Assembly: GCA_964493305.1 (NCBI GenBank) | Contig: CAZBLW010000001.1 | Coordinates: forward strand, 473,513-537,512 | Origin: an uncultured Gammaproteobacteria bacterium | Lineage (GTDB): Bacteria; Patescibacteriota; Patescibacteriia; S139-126 | Length of the DNA stretch: 64,000 nt | Direction of reading: 5' to 3' | Shown: piece by piece, positions 18,011-27,985 of the stretch | Layout: each line of letters opens with the position of its first letter | How positions within the stretch are numbered: position 1 is the stretch's first letter | Translations under genes and position numbers: made by a program | Notes under the pieces: model-generated | Seen by the model: only the letters and a program-made list of their open reading frames with translations | Database searches by the model: none | What the model was told of the DNA's origin: nothing

Positions 18011-18754
18011 TTACTGCACCTCAACAGATGTGCCAATATTAGCCCAATTATATAACCATTGGGCTGGACCAATACCGAGCCTTACACAGCCATGAGATAC
18101 TGGTGTACCTAAATGGTTTTGACCTTCCTTAAAACCACCCGGCCATTCTGGTAATTCATGAATGCCGTATTGTGAACCTATGAAACTCATCCAATAAGGC
18201 ATCCATAAACCGTATGTTTTTGACCAAGCACGGGGTACTTTATTATTAATAGTATATAGCCCGCGTGGTGTCTCATAACCCTTTTTACCAGTTGAAACCG
18301 GAAAAGTAGCCAAAGGAATATTATCCAAAGTAGCAGTTAATAACTGTTGCCTGGTATCGATTATAATTTTTTGCGTCAATTTTACTGGCTGTTGATTATT
18401 AGGATCATAACTGTTTAAAATTTCGTCAAAATCATTATGGCCATCATAGTCAGTGTCGGGATTATTTAAATTGGTTTTAAATTGTAATTCTAACCAATCA
18501 GATAGTCCGTCATTGTCCAAATCTGTTTGTGAGAGAGTTTTGTCTTGGGCATGAGGTGAATAGTGTTTAGTTATTTCTTCACCATCTAAATAACCATCGT
18601 TATCAGTGTCAGCTTGAAACGGATCAGTATAATATATATTTTGTTCTTCCCAATCGGTTAAGCCATCTGTATCTGTATCCAACTCGTTAGCCTGAACCAA
18701 CATTGGTAAATTTAAAAAACAACCTAAAAATAATAGCAAAAATATTTTTTTCAT
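18011..18754 (-). CDS. Secreted L,D-transpeptidase (YkuD domain) with N-terminal thrombospondin-type-3-like Ca-binding repeats
   Basis: A signal peptide is followed by four DxDxDGxxDxxE repeats and a C-terminal catalytic domain with SHGCVRL. Confidence 0.8.
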   Translation of the reverse strand: MKKIFLLLFLGCFLNLPMLVQANELDTDTDGLTDWEEQNIYYTDPFQADTDNDGYLDGEEITKHYSPHAQDKTLSQTDLDNDGLSDWLELQFKTNLNNPDTDYDGHNDFDEILNSYDPNNQQPVKLTQKIIIDTRQQLLTATLDNIPLATFPVSTGKKGYETPRGLYTINNKVPRAWSKTYGLWMPYWMSFIGSQYGIHELPEWPGGFKEGQNHLGTPVSHGCVRLGIGPAQWLYNWANIGTSVEVQ

Positions 18755-18963
18755 TTTTCAACTATATACTTAAATCTTAAAATTTTTTTGTTATCCACGT
18801 TTATTTTTTGTAAAAACATTTCTATAGGCCTTACCCAAATTTGTCCATCAGCTAAACTTTTATAAACTACTAACTCCTCTTTGGTTTCACTGTGTTTGGC
18901 TACACCAATAACTCGATAATAACCGCCTTGGTAATGTTGGTATTTACCTATCTTTATTTGCAT
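18751..18963 (-). CDS. DUF1653-family small protein
   Basis: GKYQHYQGGYYRV...ETKEELVVYKSL...WVRPIEMF matches DUF1653. The start was moved to the internal ATG at 18961-18963 to avoid overlapping secA; the track ORF extends to 19071. Confidence 0.5.
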   Translation of the reverse strand: MQIKIGKYQHYQGGYYRVIGVAKHSETKEELVVYKSLADGQIWVRPIEMFLQKINVDNKKILRFKYIVEK

Positions 18964-18988
18964 TATTTTAAAATAAGAAATAATACAA

Positions 18989-21742
18989 TCAAGCTCCGTG
19001 ACAGCGTTTATATTTTTTACCAGAGCCACAAGGACAGAGATCGTTACGTCCAACCTTTTTGCCAGCAACATGAGAATAATCTTGACTAGCTACTTGACTG
19101 GATGAACTATTGGGTAAAGTGGATTTAGCTTGTCCTTTGTCCATGGTTTTTGCAGGGGCTGACATTATTAACCCTTTACGTTGCAACGGTGAACGTAAAG
19201 AAAGTTCTTGAGCTTGAATAACTTTAAATATAGAATAAACAACTTGATTTTGTATTGATTGAATTAACTCGTTAAACAAACGATAAGCTTCTTTTTTATA
19301 TTCAACCAAAGGATCGCGCTGACCATAACCCCTTAGTCCAATCCCCTGTCTGATACGATCTAGAGTATCTATATGAGCAATCCAATGAATATCAATTGCT
19401 CGTAAATAAACGGCTTTTTCAATTTGTCTCATTACTTGAGCATTTTCTCCTAACGGACCACGTAAAATTTGTTTTTCTAATAAGTCATAATGAACCTTTA
19501 TATCCGAATATATTTTTTCAATAATCTCCGTTCGATATTGTGCTTGAGCAGCACCATCAAATTTTTCGCGGGAAAGACCTTCTAACTGATTTAAAAAATT
19601 TTGTTCTACAGGATAAATTGTCTTTATCGTTTCAAAAATTTCTTTAATATTCCAATCACCAACCTTTTCAGCAGCGGTATGAAAAGAAACAACTTGCTCA
19701 ACCTCGTCTTGAATTATCTGCCAAATTAAATTTTTTAATTCTGATTTTTCATTATTGATATTATTTTTAATATCTCGCTCAGCAGCTTCTAAAACATCCG
19801 TGCGTTTACGATAAATTGTTTCTCGATGTTTATTGATAACGTCATCATACTCCACTAAATGTTTGCGTATATCAAAGTTATGACCTTCTATCTTTTTTTG
19901 AGCTGTTTCGATTGATTTACTAATAATTCTATTCTCAATCGGCATATCTTCAGGAACTTTTAAGGTGGTCATAATCGCTTTCATTCTATCTGATCCAAAA
20001 ATTCTCATTAAATCATCTTCCATGGAAATATAAAATTGCGTACTACCAGGATCACCTTGACGTCCACTCCGACCTCGCAACTGGTTGTCAATTCTTCTAG
20101 ATTCATGACGCTCAGTACCAATAACGTGTAGACCACCGGCTTTTTTTACTTGACTATGCAACTCAGAATCAAAAGGTTGACCACCTAAAATTATATCCAC
20201 GCCACGACCTGCCATATTGGTAGCGACGGTCACGGCACCAGGCCTACCGGCTTGAGCTATTATTTCAGCTTCCCTGGCATGATTTTTAGCGTTTAATATT
20301 TCGTGCTTAATACCAGCACGTTCCAATAAAGAATGTAATAATTCATTTTTTTCTACCGAAACAGTACCAATCAAAATAGGCTGTCCCTGACTAACTCTTT
20401 TCTTAACTTCTTTAATTAAAGCATTGTATTTACCTTGTTCAGTCTTATAAATAGAATCTTCTAAATCTTTTCTAACTACCGTTCGATTGGTAGGAATAAC
20501 AGTTACCTCTAAAGCATAAATTTTATAAAATTCTTCTGCTTCAGTATAAGCTGTACCAGTCATGCCAGATAATTTCTCGTACATACGAAAATAGTTCTGA
20601 AAAGTAATCGAGGCCAAAGTCTGTGATTCTTGTTGTACTTTGACACCCTCTTTGGCTTCAATGGCTTGATGTAAACCTTCTGAATAACGTCTGCCTTGCA
20701 TTAAACGTCCAGTAAATTCATCAACAATAATCACTTCACCCTCTTTGACAATATAATCTCGGTCTTTCAAAAATAAGGTCTTGGCCTTTAGAGCGTTTTC
20801 AATATGATAAACTAAATCTAATTGTTGATCGGTATAAATATTTTCTACTTGTAAAATTTTTTCCACCCGAGAAATGCCAGCTTCAGTCAAAGTAACAGCT
20901 CGCATTTTTTCATCAACATTATAATCTTGATTTTCTACTAACTGTCGTGCTATTTGAGCAAATTGTTGATACTGATCTTCTGATTCTTCTGCTGGTGCAG
21001 AGATTATCAACGGAGTTCTCGCCTCATCAATCAAAATCGAATCAATTTCGTCAATAATTGTGTAATATAATGGCCGTTGGACTATTTGATTGGTTTCAAT
21101 CGCCATATTGTCTCGTAAATAATCAAAGCCAAATTCATTATTTGTTCCATAGGTAATATCTGCCTGATAAGCTTCGGCTCGGGTACAAGGTTTTAAATTT
21201 TCCATATCAACCACTACTGCTGATTCATCTGTAACTTGATGAGTAGGATCATAAATATATGATACGCCTTGTTGTTGAATACAAGATACGGACAAACCTA
21301 AAAAATTATAAATTTTACCCATCCAAACAGCATCGCGTCTAGCCAAATAATCATTGACTGTAACCAAATGAACACCTTTTCCGGCTAAAGCATTTAAATA
21401 AAGTGACAAGGTAGCAACTAAAGTTTTGCCTTCACCAGTTTTCATTTCAGCAATTTGTCCTTGATGTAAAACAATACCACCAAGCAATTGCACATCAAAA
21501 TGTCTCATGCCAGTTGTTCGGCGAGAAGTTTCTCTAACTACAGCAAAAACTTCCGGTAAAATATCATCCAACGTACTGCCCTGTTTTATCAAGTCTTTAA
21601 AATAACCGGTTTTTTCTTGTAATTCCAAATCTGATAACTTTTTGATCGAATCTTCTAAGTTATTTATTTTATCTACTAGCGGCTGGATTGACTTTAAGTA
21701 TTTTTCATTGGGATCACCAAATATTTTATTGATTATTTTCAT
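18989..21742 (-). CDS. secA: Preprotein translocase ATPase SecA
   Basis: DEAD-like motor motifs are present and the C-terminal zinc finger reads CPCGSGKKYKRCHG. Length is 917 aa. Confidence 0.95.
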   Translation of the reverse strand: MKIINKIFGDPNEKYLKSIQPLVDKINNLEDSIKKLSDLELQEKTGYFKDLIKQGSTLDDILPEVFAVVRETSRRTTGMRHFDVQLLGGIVLHQGQIAEMKTGEGKTLVATLSLYLNALAGKGVHLVTVNDYLARRDAVWMGKIYNFLGLSVSCIQQQGVSYIYDPTHQVTDESAVVVDMENLKPCTRAEAYQADITYGTNNEFGFDYLRDNMAIETNQIVQRPLYYTIIDEIDSILIDEARTPLIISAPAEESEDQYQQFAQIARQLVENQDYNVDEKMRAVTLTEAGISRVEKILQVENIYTDQQLDLVYHIENALKAKTLFLKDRDYIVKEGEVIIVDEFTGRLMQGRRYSEGLHQAIEAKEGVKVQQESQTLASITFQNYFRMYEKLSGMTGTAYTEAEEFYKIYALEVTVIPTNRTVVRKDLEDSIYKTEQGKYNALIKEVKKRVSQGQPILIGTVSVEKNELLHSLLERAGIKHEILNAKNHAREAEIIAQAGRPGAVTVATNMAGRGVDIILGGQPFDSELHSQVKKAGGLHVIGTERHESRRIDNQLRGRSGRQGDPGSTQFYISMEDDLMRIFGSDRMKAIMTTLKVPEDMPIENRIISKSIETAQKKIEGHNFDIRKHLVEYDDVINKHRETIYRKRTDVLEAAERDIKNNINNEKSELKNLIWQIIQDEVEQVVSFHTAAEKVGDWNIKEIFETIKTIYPVEQNFLNQLEGLSREKFDGAAQAQYRTEIIEKIYSDIKVHYDLLEKQILRGPLGENAQVMRQIEKAVYLRAIDIHWIAHIDTLDRIRQGIGLRGYGQRDPLVEYKKEAYRLFNELIQSIQNQVVYSIFKVIQAQELSLRSPLQRKGLIMSAPAKTMDKGQAKSTLPNSSSSQVASQDYSHVAGKKVGRNDLCPCGSGKKYKRCHGA

Positions 21743-21784
21743 AAATTGAACATTATCTTAACACGATTTTAAACTTAAACCAAA

Positions 21785-22096
21785 TTAACGGCGGTGTTGA
21801 TCAATGCTTTTTTTTCTAGTTTTGGCTAACAATAACTTCAGGTGATCCTTAACTTTATTTACCGCTTTTTCAAATGATACGGCAGTTTTTTCTACCCTTA
21901 TCATCTTGCCGTTCAATAATACATTAGCCTCACAACGTATAACCTCACCTTTTAAATGTTTGGCATCTTGTTCAATTTCAATTCTTATTTCTGATATTTT
22001 TTTATTATATTTTTCTGTAGTGGTAAATTTTTCTACCACATATTCTTTCATTTCATCACTGAGATCAATATTGGTTGATTTAATTAAAATATTCAT
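21785..22096 (-). CDS. hpf: Ribosome hibernation promoting factor (HPF/RaiA, short form)
   Basis: MNILIKSTNIDLSDEMKEYVVEKF is a YfiA/HPF fold. It lies immediately upstream of secA as in Bacillus (yvyD-secA). Confidence 0.8.
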   Translation of the reverse strand: MNILIKSTNIDLSDEMKEYVVEKFTTTEKYNKKISEIRIEIEQDAKHLKGEVIRCEANVLLNGKMIRVEKTAVSFEKAVNKVKDHLKLLLAKTRKKSIDQHRR

Positions 22097-22105
22097 AAAT
22101 TTTGT

Positions 22106-22690
22106 TTAATTATCTGAAATAATTTGATAGTTATCTCTAAGTTGAATACCGAGTTTATCCCTTACTTGCTGTTTTAAATAAGAAGTCATAACAACCACAT
22201 CATCAATACTAACTTCACCTGTATTTATCGCCAAATTGGGGTTATCAGGTGCTTGTTTAAGACCACCAAATTTTTTATTTACCAGACCTAGTGCGGAAAA
22301 AATTATATTAGGATCTAATTTTTTTTCAGTATTTACTGAACTAATAATATCTTTAGTAATTAATATTTTTTTTATTGTCTCATCAATATCTATAGACATA
22401 AATAATTTAATAGATTTTGTTTGATCTTGAGCGGCGGTTGCTAAACAAATTACTAATTTATCAGTGATATTCCCGGCAATCAAGATGTCGTCGTTTAACT
22501 TTAGAACTACATGTGGTAATTGGTTAGCAATAGCCGTTTGCCGAGCTTGCTCAAACTTGTCTTCATCGTTATAAAGTAATAAAAATTTAGCTAAACCACC
22601 AAGGCCAATCTTGGTAAAATTGGCCAAAGCAATGTCTGTCTTCAATTGCTGACCAAAAAGTGCCTTTAACTTGTTTAAATCAATACTCAT
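22106..22690 (-). CDS. MurB-like remnant (UDP-N-acetylenolpyruvoylglucosamine reductase-like, internally shortened)
   Basis: It occupies the murB slot after murC. The N-terminus (LANFTKIGLGG...PHVVLKLND) and C-terminus (DDVVVMTSYLKQQVRDKLGIQL) align to MurB ends. It is only 194 aa and lacks the GxGSNLL FAD motif. Confidence 0.35.
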   Translation of the reverse strand: MSIDLNKLKALFGQQLKTDIALANFTKIGLGGLAKFLLLYNDEDKFEQARQTAIANQLPHVVLKLNDDILIAGNITDKLVICLATAAQDQTKSIKLFMSIDIDETIKKILITKDIISSVNTEKKLDPNIIFSALGLVNKKFGGLKQAPDNPNLAINTGEVSIDDVVVMTSYLKQQVRDKLGIQLRDNYQIISDN

Positions 22691-22692
22691 AA

Positions 22693-24075
22693 CTATTTTA
22701 AATTTAACAAATTCTCACCCACTCGCCAAACATCACCGGCGCCCATAGTAATAATCAAACAATCATCTAATAATTTATCAGCTAAATATTCAACTGCTCC
22801 GGATATATCATGAACATATAAGGCATTATGACTAATTTGATTGATAGCTTCAGTGAGTTCATAAGAACTAATCCCCCCCTGTTGTTCTCTGGCACTGCCA
22901 TAGATATCCAATAACAAAACCTTATCTACATTGGTAAAACTTTTGATAAAATCATCTTTTAACTTTAGGGTACGAGTAAATGTATGAGGATGAAAAACTA
23001 CAAAAATTTTTTTCTGAGGAAAATATTTTTTCACCATGGTCAAAGTAGCTTGAATTTCTTTGGGATGATGAGCAAAGTCGTCATAAATTAAACAATTTTT
23101 AATTTCACCTTTTTTTTCAAATCTCCTCTCCGTACCTAAAAATTTTTCTAAACCCATGATTAGCTGTTCTTTAGCTGCACCCATCTTTTCCGCTGTAGCC
23201 AAAGCTGCTAGCGCATTTAAAATATTGAAATCACCTTTTAAATTAATTGAGACTTGGTGCCAAAATTTTTCTTGTTTATAAATACTAAAACTAGTTAAAT
23301 TATTTTTTAATTGAATATTTTTTGCTTGCCAATCAGCCGCTGGATTAAAGCCAAAAGTAACTAATTCACCCGGAAAACCTGTTATCAATTGGGCAACATT
23401 TTTATTGTCATTACCAGCTACCAAAAATCCGTCGGCAGGAATTTTATTTATATAATCAGCAAATACCCGTTGATATTCGTCGGGAGTGGGAAAAAAATCA
23501 GGGTGATCCCAATCTATATTATTTAAGACAATAATTTTTGGATAATAAAATTTTAATTTATTTTGATATTCATCTGTTTCTACTACCAACCAATCTGATT
23601 TGCCAACTAAAGTAGAACCATTAAATTGAGGTACATTTGACCCAATAATAGCCGAAGGATCAAAACCTGCCGTTTGTAATAAAAATGCCAACCAAGCCGT
23701 AGTAGTGGTTTTACCATGAGTACCTGCTATCCCAATTGTTTTTTTGGTATTTATTAGTTCTGCTAAAGCCTCTGGATAACTCAGTAAAGGTATTTTTTTT
23801 TGCTTGGCCAACAAACAAAGCGGATGTTCATCAGGCTTATAGGCGGTTGAATAAATTAACAAATCTATATTGTCAGGCAGTTTAGTTAAATTATCGTCTA
23901 CAAAATATTTTATTTTGTAAGTATTTAAAATTTTGTCGGTATAAAACTTTTCACTGGTATCCCAACCTAAAACATTTTTTTTCAAACCTTGTAACATCAA
24001 CGCCAAAGATGTCATTCCCCCACCCTTAATACCAACCAAAAATATATTTTTACTACTGGCTATTTTTTCTAGCAT
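22693..24075 (-). CDS. murC: UDP-N-acetylmuramate--L-alanine ligase
   Basis: FLVGIKGGGMTSLA and GIAGTHGKTTTTAWL are Mur ligase motifs. It sits in the dcw context. Confidence 0.85.
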   Translation of the reverse strand: MLEKIASSKNIFLVGIKGGGMTSLALMLQGLKKNVLGWDTSEKFYTDKILNTYKIKYFVDDNLTKLPDNIDLLIYSTAYKPDEHPLCLLAKQKKIPLLSYPEALAELINTKKTIGIAGTHGKTTTTAWLAFLLQTAGFDPSAIIGSNVPQFNGSTLVGKSDWLVVETDEYQNKLKFYYPKIIVLNNIDWDHPDFFPTPDEYQRVFADYINKIPADGFLVAGNDNKNVAQLITGFPGELVTFGFNPAADWQAKNIQLKNNLTSFSIYKQEKFWHQVSINLKGDFNILNALAALATAEKMGAAKEQLIMGLEKFLGTERRFEKKGEIKNCLIYDDFAHHPKEIQATLTMVKKYFPQKKIFVVFHPHTFTRTLKLKDDFIKSFTNVDKVLLLDIYGSAREQQGGISSYELTEAINQISHNALYVHDISGAVEYLADKLLDDCLIITMGAGDVWRVGENLLNLK

Positions 24076-25141
24076 ATATGTTTTTTATACAATCAGCGAT
24101 ATTTTTAGCAGCTTGGGGTTGATAAAATCTTCTTATATTATGACTAAGGAATCTTAATGAATCTTGATCAGAAATTAACTCTTTTAAATCATCAATTAAA
24201 CTTTGACTTGAAATTTTATCCTGATCTAAGCAAATGGCAGCTTGTTGCTGACAAAAAAAGGTTGCATTAAATACTTGATGTGAGTTGGGTATGGGAACAA
24301 TTATAGTGGGTTTAGCTAGGGCTGCTAACTCGGAAAGAAAACCCATACCAGCCCGGGTTATTACCAAATCAGCCACAGCTAAAATATCCGGCATTTCATT
24401 TAAAATAAAATCAAACTGATGATACCTGGTCGAAAAATCTTTAAGGGCTAACGGGGCGATTTTTTTGTTTTTTCCGGTAATATGAATGACTTGAGAAAAT
24501 TGCAATAATTCTGGTAAAGCCCCGCTAATCAATTGGTTTAATTTCATAGCACCAGTACCACCTCCTACAACTAATATTGTCGATAAATTTTCTTCTAAAC
24601 TCAGTAATTGAATGGCTTTAGAACGGTTACCATATAAAATATTTTCTCTGATGGGATTGCCGGTATAAATTACTTTTTTTATTGAAAAATCTTGTTTTTG
24701 TTCAGAAAATGAAACTGAGATATTAGTAGCTAAAAAAGATAAAATCTTATTGGCTAAACCTACTTTAATATCTTGTTGATGTATAATTTGCGGACAACGA
24801 AATAAAAAAGCAACTAGTCCTGCCGGCACGGCAACAAAACTACCGGCACTCACCATAACAGCAGGTCTAAATTTTATAAAATAATAAATAGATTGGATAA
24901 AACCAAATAAAATTAGGAAAATATCAAAAAAATTCTGCCAAGCAAAATAACGTCTAAGTTTTCCAGAAAAAATTGGTATGAATTTTATATCAGCCGCCAA
25001 AACTAAATTTTTTTCTGGACCTCGATATGTACCCAACCAAATAAATTCAACCTCTGCTACTTGGGTTCTTAAAAATTGTGCTACGGAAATTAATGGTGTT
25101 ACCGAGCCGCCAGTACCACCTCCGACTAATAAAATTTTCAT
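24053..25141 (-). CDS. murG: UDP-GlcNAc--undecaprenyl-PP-MurNAc-pentapeptide GlcNAc transferase
   Basis: LLVGGGTGGSVTPL is the G-loop of a GT28 fold. Confidence 0.85.
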   Translation of the reverse strand: MKILLVGGGTGGSVTPLISVAQFLRTQVAEVEFIWLGTYRGPEKNLVLAADIKFIPIFSGKLRRYFAWQNFFDIFLILFGFIQSIYYFIKFRPAVMVSAGSFVAVPAGLVAFLFRCPQIIHQQDIKVGLANKILSFLATNISVSFSEQKQDFSIKKVIYTGNPIRENILYGNRSKAIQLLSLEENLSTILVVGGGTGAMKLNQLISGALPELLQFSQVIHITGKNKKIAPLALKDFSTRYHQFDFILNEMPDILAVADLVITRAGMGFLSELAALAKPTIIVPIPNSHQVFNATFFCQQQAAICLDQDKISSQSLIDDLKELISDQDSLRFLSHNIRRFYQPQAAKNIADCIKNIYARKNSQ

Positions 25142-26304
25142 ATTTTTGTTTTGGAATATTTAGAAATATTAAAAACTATACCCATACCAGCTAGTAACAT
25201 TGCCAAGGAAGATGAACCGTAAGATATAAAGGGCAAAGTCGTACCAGTTAAGGGTACTAACCCCAACATTGCCATAATATTTAAAAAAGTTTGCCACAAC
25301 AATAAACTTAAAAAACCTAAAACAAAAAATTTAGAAAAATTATCTGGTGCACGCAGGGCAATGAGTAAAATACGATAAAAAAAATAAAAATATAAAGACA
25401 AAAATAATACTGTAAAAATAAACCCCAACTCCTCGGCAATAATGGCAAATATTGAATCACCTGCCACTTCTGGGAGATAATTGAACTTTTGTCGTGAATG
25501 GCCTAAACCACGACCTAAAATACCGCCTGAACCGATGGCTAAAATTGCTTGATTAATATGATAACCAATTCCTTGGGGATCAAGTTCAGGATTTAAAAAA
25601 ACCATCAATCTAGCAGCGCGATAAGAAGAATTCTTAATTAAAAAATAAAATATAGTAGAGCCAATAGTGACTAAAGTCATCAATAAACCGATCTGACCAC
25701 CAGCTAAATAGTACATAGTCATACTAACAGCAACAATCAATAAAGTGGTACCCATATCAGGTTGTAACAAAATTAATACACATATCAAAGCCAGTAATAC
25801 CAAAAATGGTAAAAAGGTTATTTTAAAATTCTTAATTTCTGATAAACGTGACTCAAACCAAGTAGCTAAATAAATTATTATTGCGATTTTGACATATTCA
25901 GAGGGTTGGAAAGTAAAACCTGGTAAATTTAACCAACGCCGACCTCCTAAAAATTCGATACCGATTCCCGGTATAAAAACCAATACCAACATCACAATAC
26001 CAACTACTAAAAATATCATAGCGTTGCGTTTGATAACTGGGTAAGGAATATGACTAGTAATAAAAAATAGAATAAAACCAAAAATTATTCCTTTTAAAAA
26101 CTGTTGTTTAAAAAGATAATAAGCGTCATGGTATTGATCAAAGGAAACTACACTCGATGCCGAAGCTAAAAAAACTAAACCAAAAATTAAAATAACTAGC
26201 AGTAATACTAACACGGTATAATCTGGTTCATAACCATCGTGTTTGTAAAAAAGCCAATCAAATATTTTTTTTGATTTTTGCTTTAAAGCGGGTCGGAAAG
26301 TCAT
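25138..26304 (-). CDS. ftsW: SEDS-family peptidoglycan glycosyltransferase FtsW
   Basis: A 10-TM SEDS protein located between murD and murG. Confidence 0.8.
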   Translation of the reverse strand: MTFRPALKQKSKKIFDWLFYKHDGYEPDYTVLVLLLVILIFGLVFLASASSVVSFDQYHDAYYLFKQQFLKGIIFGFILFFITSHIPYPVIKRNAMIFLVVGIVMLVLVFIPGIGIEFLGGRRWLNLPGFTFQPSEYVKIAIIIYLATWFESRLSEIKNFKITFLPFLVLLALICVLILLQPDMGTTLLIVAVSMTMYYLAGGQIGLLMTLVTIGSTIFYFLIKNSSYRAARLMVFLNPELDPQGIGYHINQAILAIGSGGILGRGLGHSRQKFNYLPEVAGDSIFAIIAEELGFIFTVLFLSLYFYFFYRILLIALRAPDNFSKFFVLGFLSLLLWQTFLNIMAMLGLVPLTGTTLPFISYGSSSLAMLLAGMGIVFNISKYSKTKI

Positions 26305-27704
26305 TTTAGTTTTTTAACTATTTTATTAAACTGTTCTCCACGATCAAATTCATTTTTGAAATTAGCAAAACTGGCAAAACCTGGCGAGAGTAAAATTGTA
26401 TCTCCGGTTTTTGCTAATTTTACAGCCGTTGCGACAAGATCAGACATGTTTTGAAAATTGGTAAAGAGTTTTGATTTTTTATAGTGGTTTTTTTCTAAAG
26501 CCAATAGTAACTCGTCGGAACCTTCACCAGCAAATAATAAACAGTATTTTACTTTGGATTTAATCTCCTTAGCTAGTAGCTCTACCGGTAATTTTTTTGA
26601 ACTACCACCGGCCAATAAAATGATATTTTTTTTAATCGTTTGTAAAGCTGCTATGGTAGCAACTGGTGCCGTGGCTGTAGTATCATTGATAAAAGTAATT
26701 CCTCTTATTTTTCTAACTGTTTCCAATCGACTACTAAAACCATGATACCGACTAACCACCTGGCTTATAATTTTGTTGGGAACTTGTAGAATTTTTGCTG
26801 CTAGTATAGCAGCTAAAGTATTTGCTAAATTATGTTCGCCGGCTAATTTAATTTTATTTTTAGCTATAATAAATTCATCACTGCCATTGTTTCTAAAATA
26901 AATACCTCCTTGTTTTATATAAACACCGCGATTAACTCTAAATTTTAGACTGTACCAATACTTTTTGCTGATTATTTTTTTTGCTAATTGCCTACTAACT
27001 GGATCATTTTGATTTAGAATAGCAATATCATTTTTTGTTTGATACTTAAAAATAAAAAATTTGGCAGCGATATATTCGTTGAAATTTTTATAACGATTTA
27101 AATGTTCCGGAGTTATGTTGGTCAATAAAGATATTTGCGGAGATTTTTTTATTATTTTCAATCCTTCTAACTGCCAGGAAGATAATTCTAAAATTACTTT
27201 GGTCCGCGGTTTGATTTGATCAATAAAACCAAACATGGTTTTAATTTTAATATTACCGCCTACCAAAGTATCAGGATAAAACTTACTACAAATCTCCCCC
27301 AGTAAATGAGTGGTTGTTGATTTTCCTTTGCTACCAGTAATTGCTAAAATTGGTTGATTGACTAATAAAAAAAATAAAGTAGCCTCATTGTAGATAAGAA
27401 TACCTTTGGCTTTAGCTGCTTGCAAAAAAAAATGATTATTGGGAACACCTGGATTTTGGATTATTAAATCAATTTTAGATAATAAACCAAGCTTAGGTTC
27501 TTGCCCTAAAATAATATTTTTTGAAGGAATAATTAACTGTTTTATGCTGGGTTTTAGTACTGCGGCTGTTTTTTTATCAGTTACTGTTACTTTGGCTCCT
27601 TGCCGTTGTAGCCAATTTGCCAGAGTTAAACCTCCGCCATGCACTCCTAAACCAAAAACTAAAACCCGTTTATTTTTTAACCAAGCGGCTGAATTTACCG
27701 TCAT
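26301..27704 (-). CDS. murD: UDP-N-acetylmuramoylalanine--D-glutamate ligase
   Basis: VLVFGLGVHGGGLTLANWL and ITGSKGKSTTTHL identify a Mur ligase in the dcw context. Confidence 0.8.
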   Translation of the reverse strand: MTVNSAAWLKNKRVLVFGLGVHGGGLTLANWLQRQGAKVTVTDKKTAAVLKPSIKQLIIPSKNIILGQEPKLGLLSKIDLIIQNPGVPNNHFFLQAAKAKGILIYNEATLFFLLVNQPILAITGSKGKSTTTHLLGEICSKFYPDTLVGGNIKIKTMFGFIDQIKPRTKVILELSSWQLEGLKIIKKSPQISLLTNITPEHLNRYKNFNEYIAAKFFIFKYQTKNDIAILNQNDPVSRQLAKKIISKKYWYSLKFRVNRGVYIKQGGIYFRNNGSDEFIIAKNKIKLAGEHNLANTLAAILAAKILQVPNKIISQVVSRYHGFSSRLETVRKIRGITFINDTTATAPVATIAALQTIKKNIILLAGGSSKKLPVELLAKEIKSKVKYCLLFAGEGSDELLLALEKNHYKKSKLFTNFQNMSDLVATAVKLAKTGDTILLSPGFASFANFKNEFDRGEQFNKIVKKLK

Positions 27705-27975
27705 ATTTTATGTATATAAAATCATACCATTGTAATCCAAAAAATATACCCGCCAATAAAGATGCGAGCCAAACTAAAACTGAAAACATAGTATGAATTG
27801 CTAACCAAATTTCGTAAGTAAAACCTAGGGAAAATTTATTAAAATCTTGTGATAAAAAATAAAGCACGGGAAATTCTGCTAAGGCATGAAAAATTATTCC
27901 CAATAAAAACCAAAAAATTATAGCCGCTAACAAATAAATTGTTTTAAACCAAAGTTGTTGATAATATTTTTTCAT
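27670..27975 (-). CDS. Small two/three-TM membrane protein, hypothetical
   Basis: A hydrophobic ORF between mraY and murD. It overlaps the murD start by 35 nt. Confidence 0.4.
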   Translation of the reverse strand: MKKYYQQLWFKTIYLLAAIIFWFLLGIIFHALAEFPVLYFLSQDFNKFSLGFTYEIWLAIHTMFSVLVWLASLLAGIFFGLQWYDFIYIKYDGKFSRLVKK

Positions 27976-27985
27976 AAATTAAAAT

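Noticed and set aside
22106-22690. Alternative reading of the 194-aa ORF after murC as DivIB/FtsQ, since murB-divIB follow murG in Bacillus.
   Set aside because: It has no TM segment or POTRA-like block. Both termini resemble MurB ends instead, and a better FtsQ-like candidate exists at 9849..10694.
27670-27975. 101-aa membrane ORF between mraY and murD. I considered whether it is a real gene or a mis-called murD 5' extension.
   Set aside because: It is kept as a low-confidence CDS rather than promoted to a finding. It is in a different frame from murD, murD already starts with a plausible MurD N-terminus, and the small ORF has no recognisable motifs. It may be genuine or spurious.
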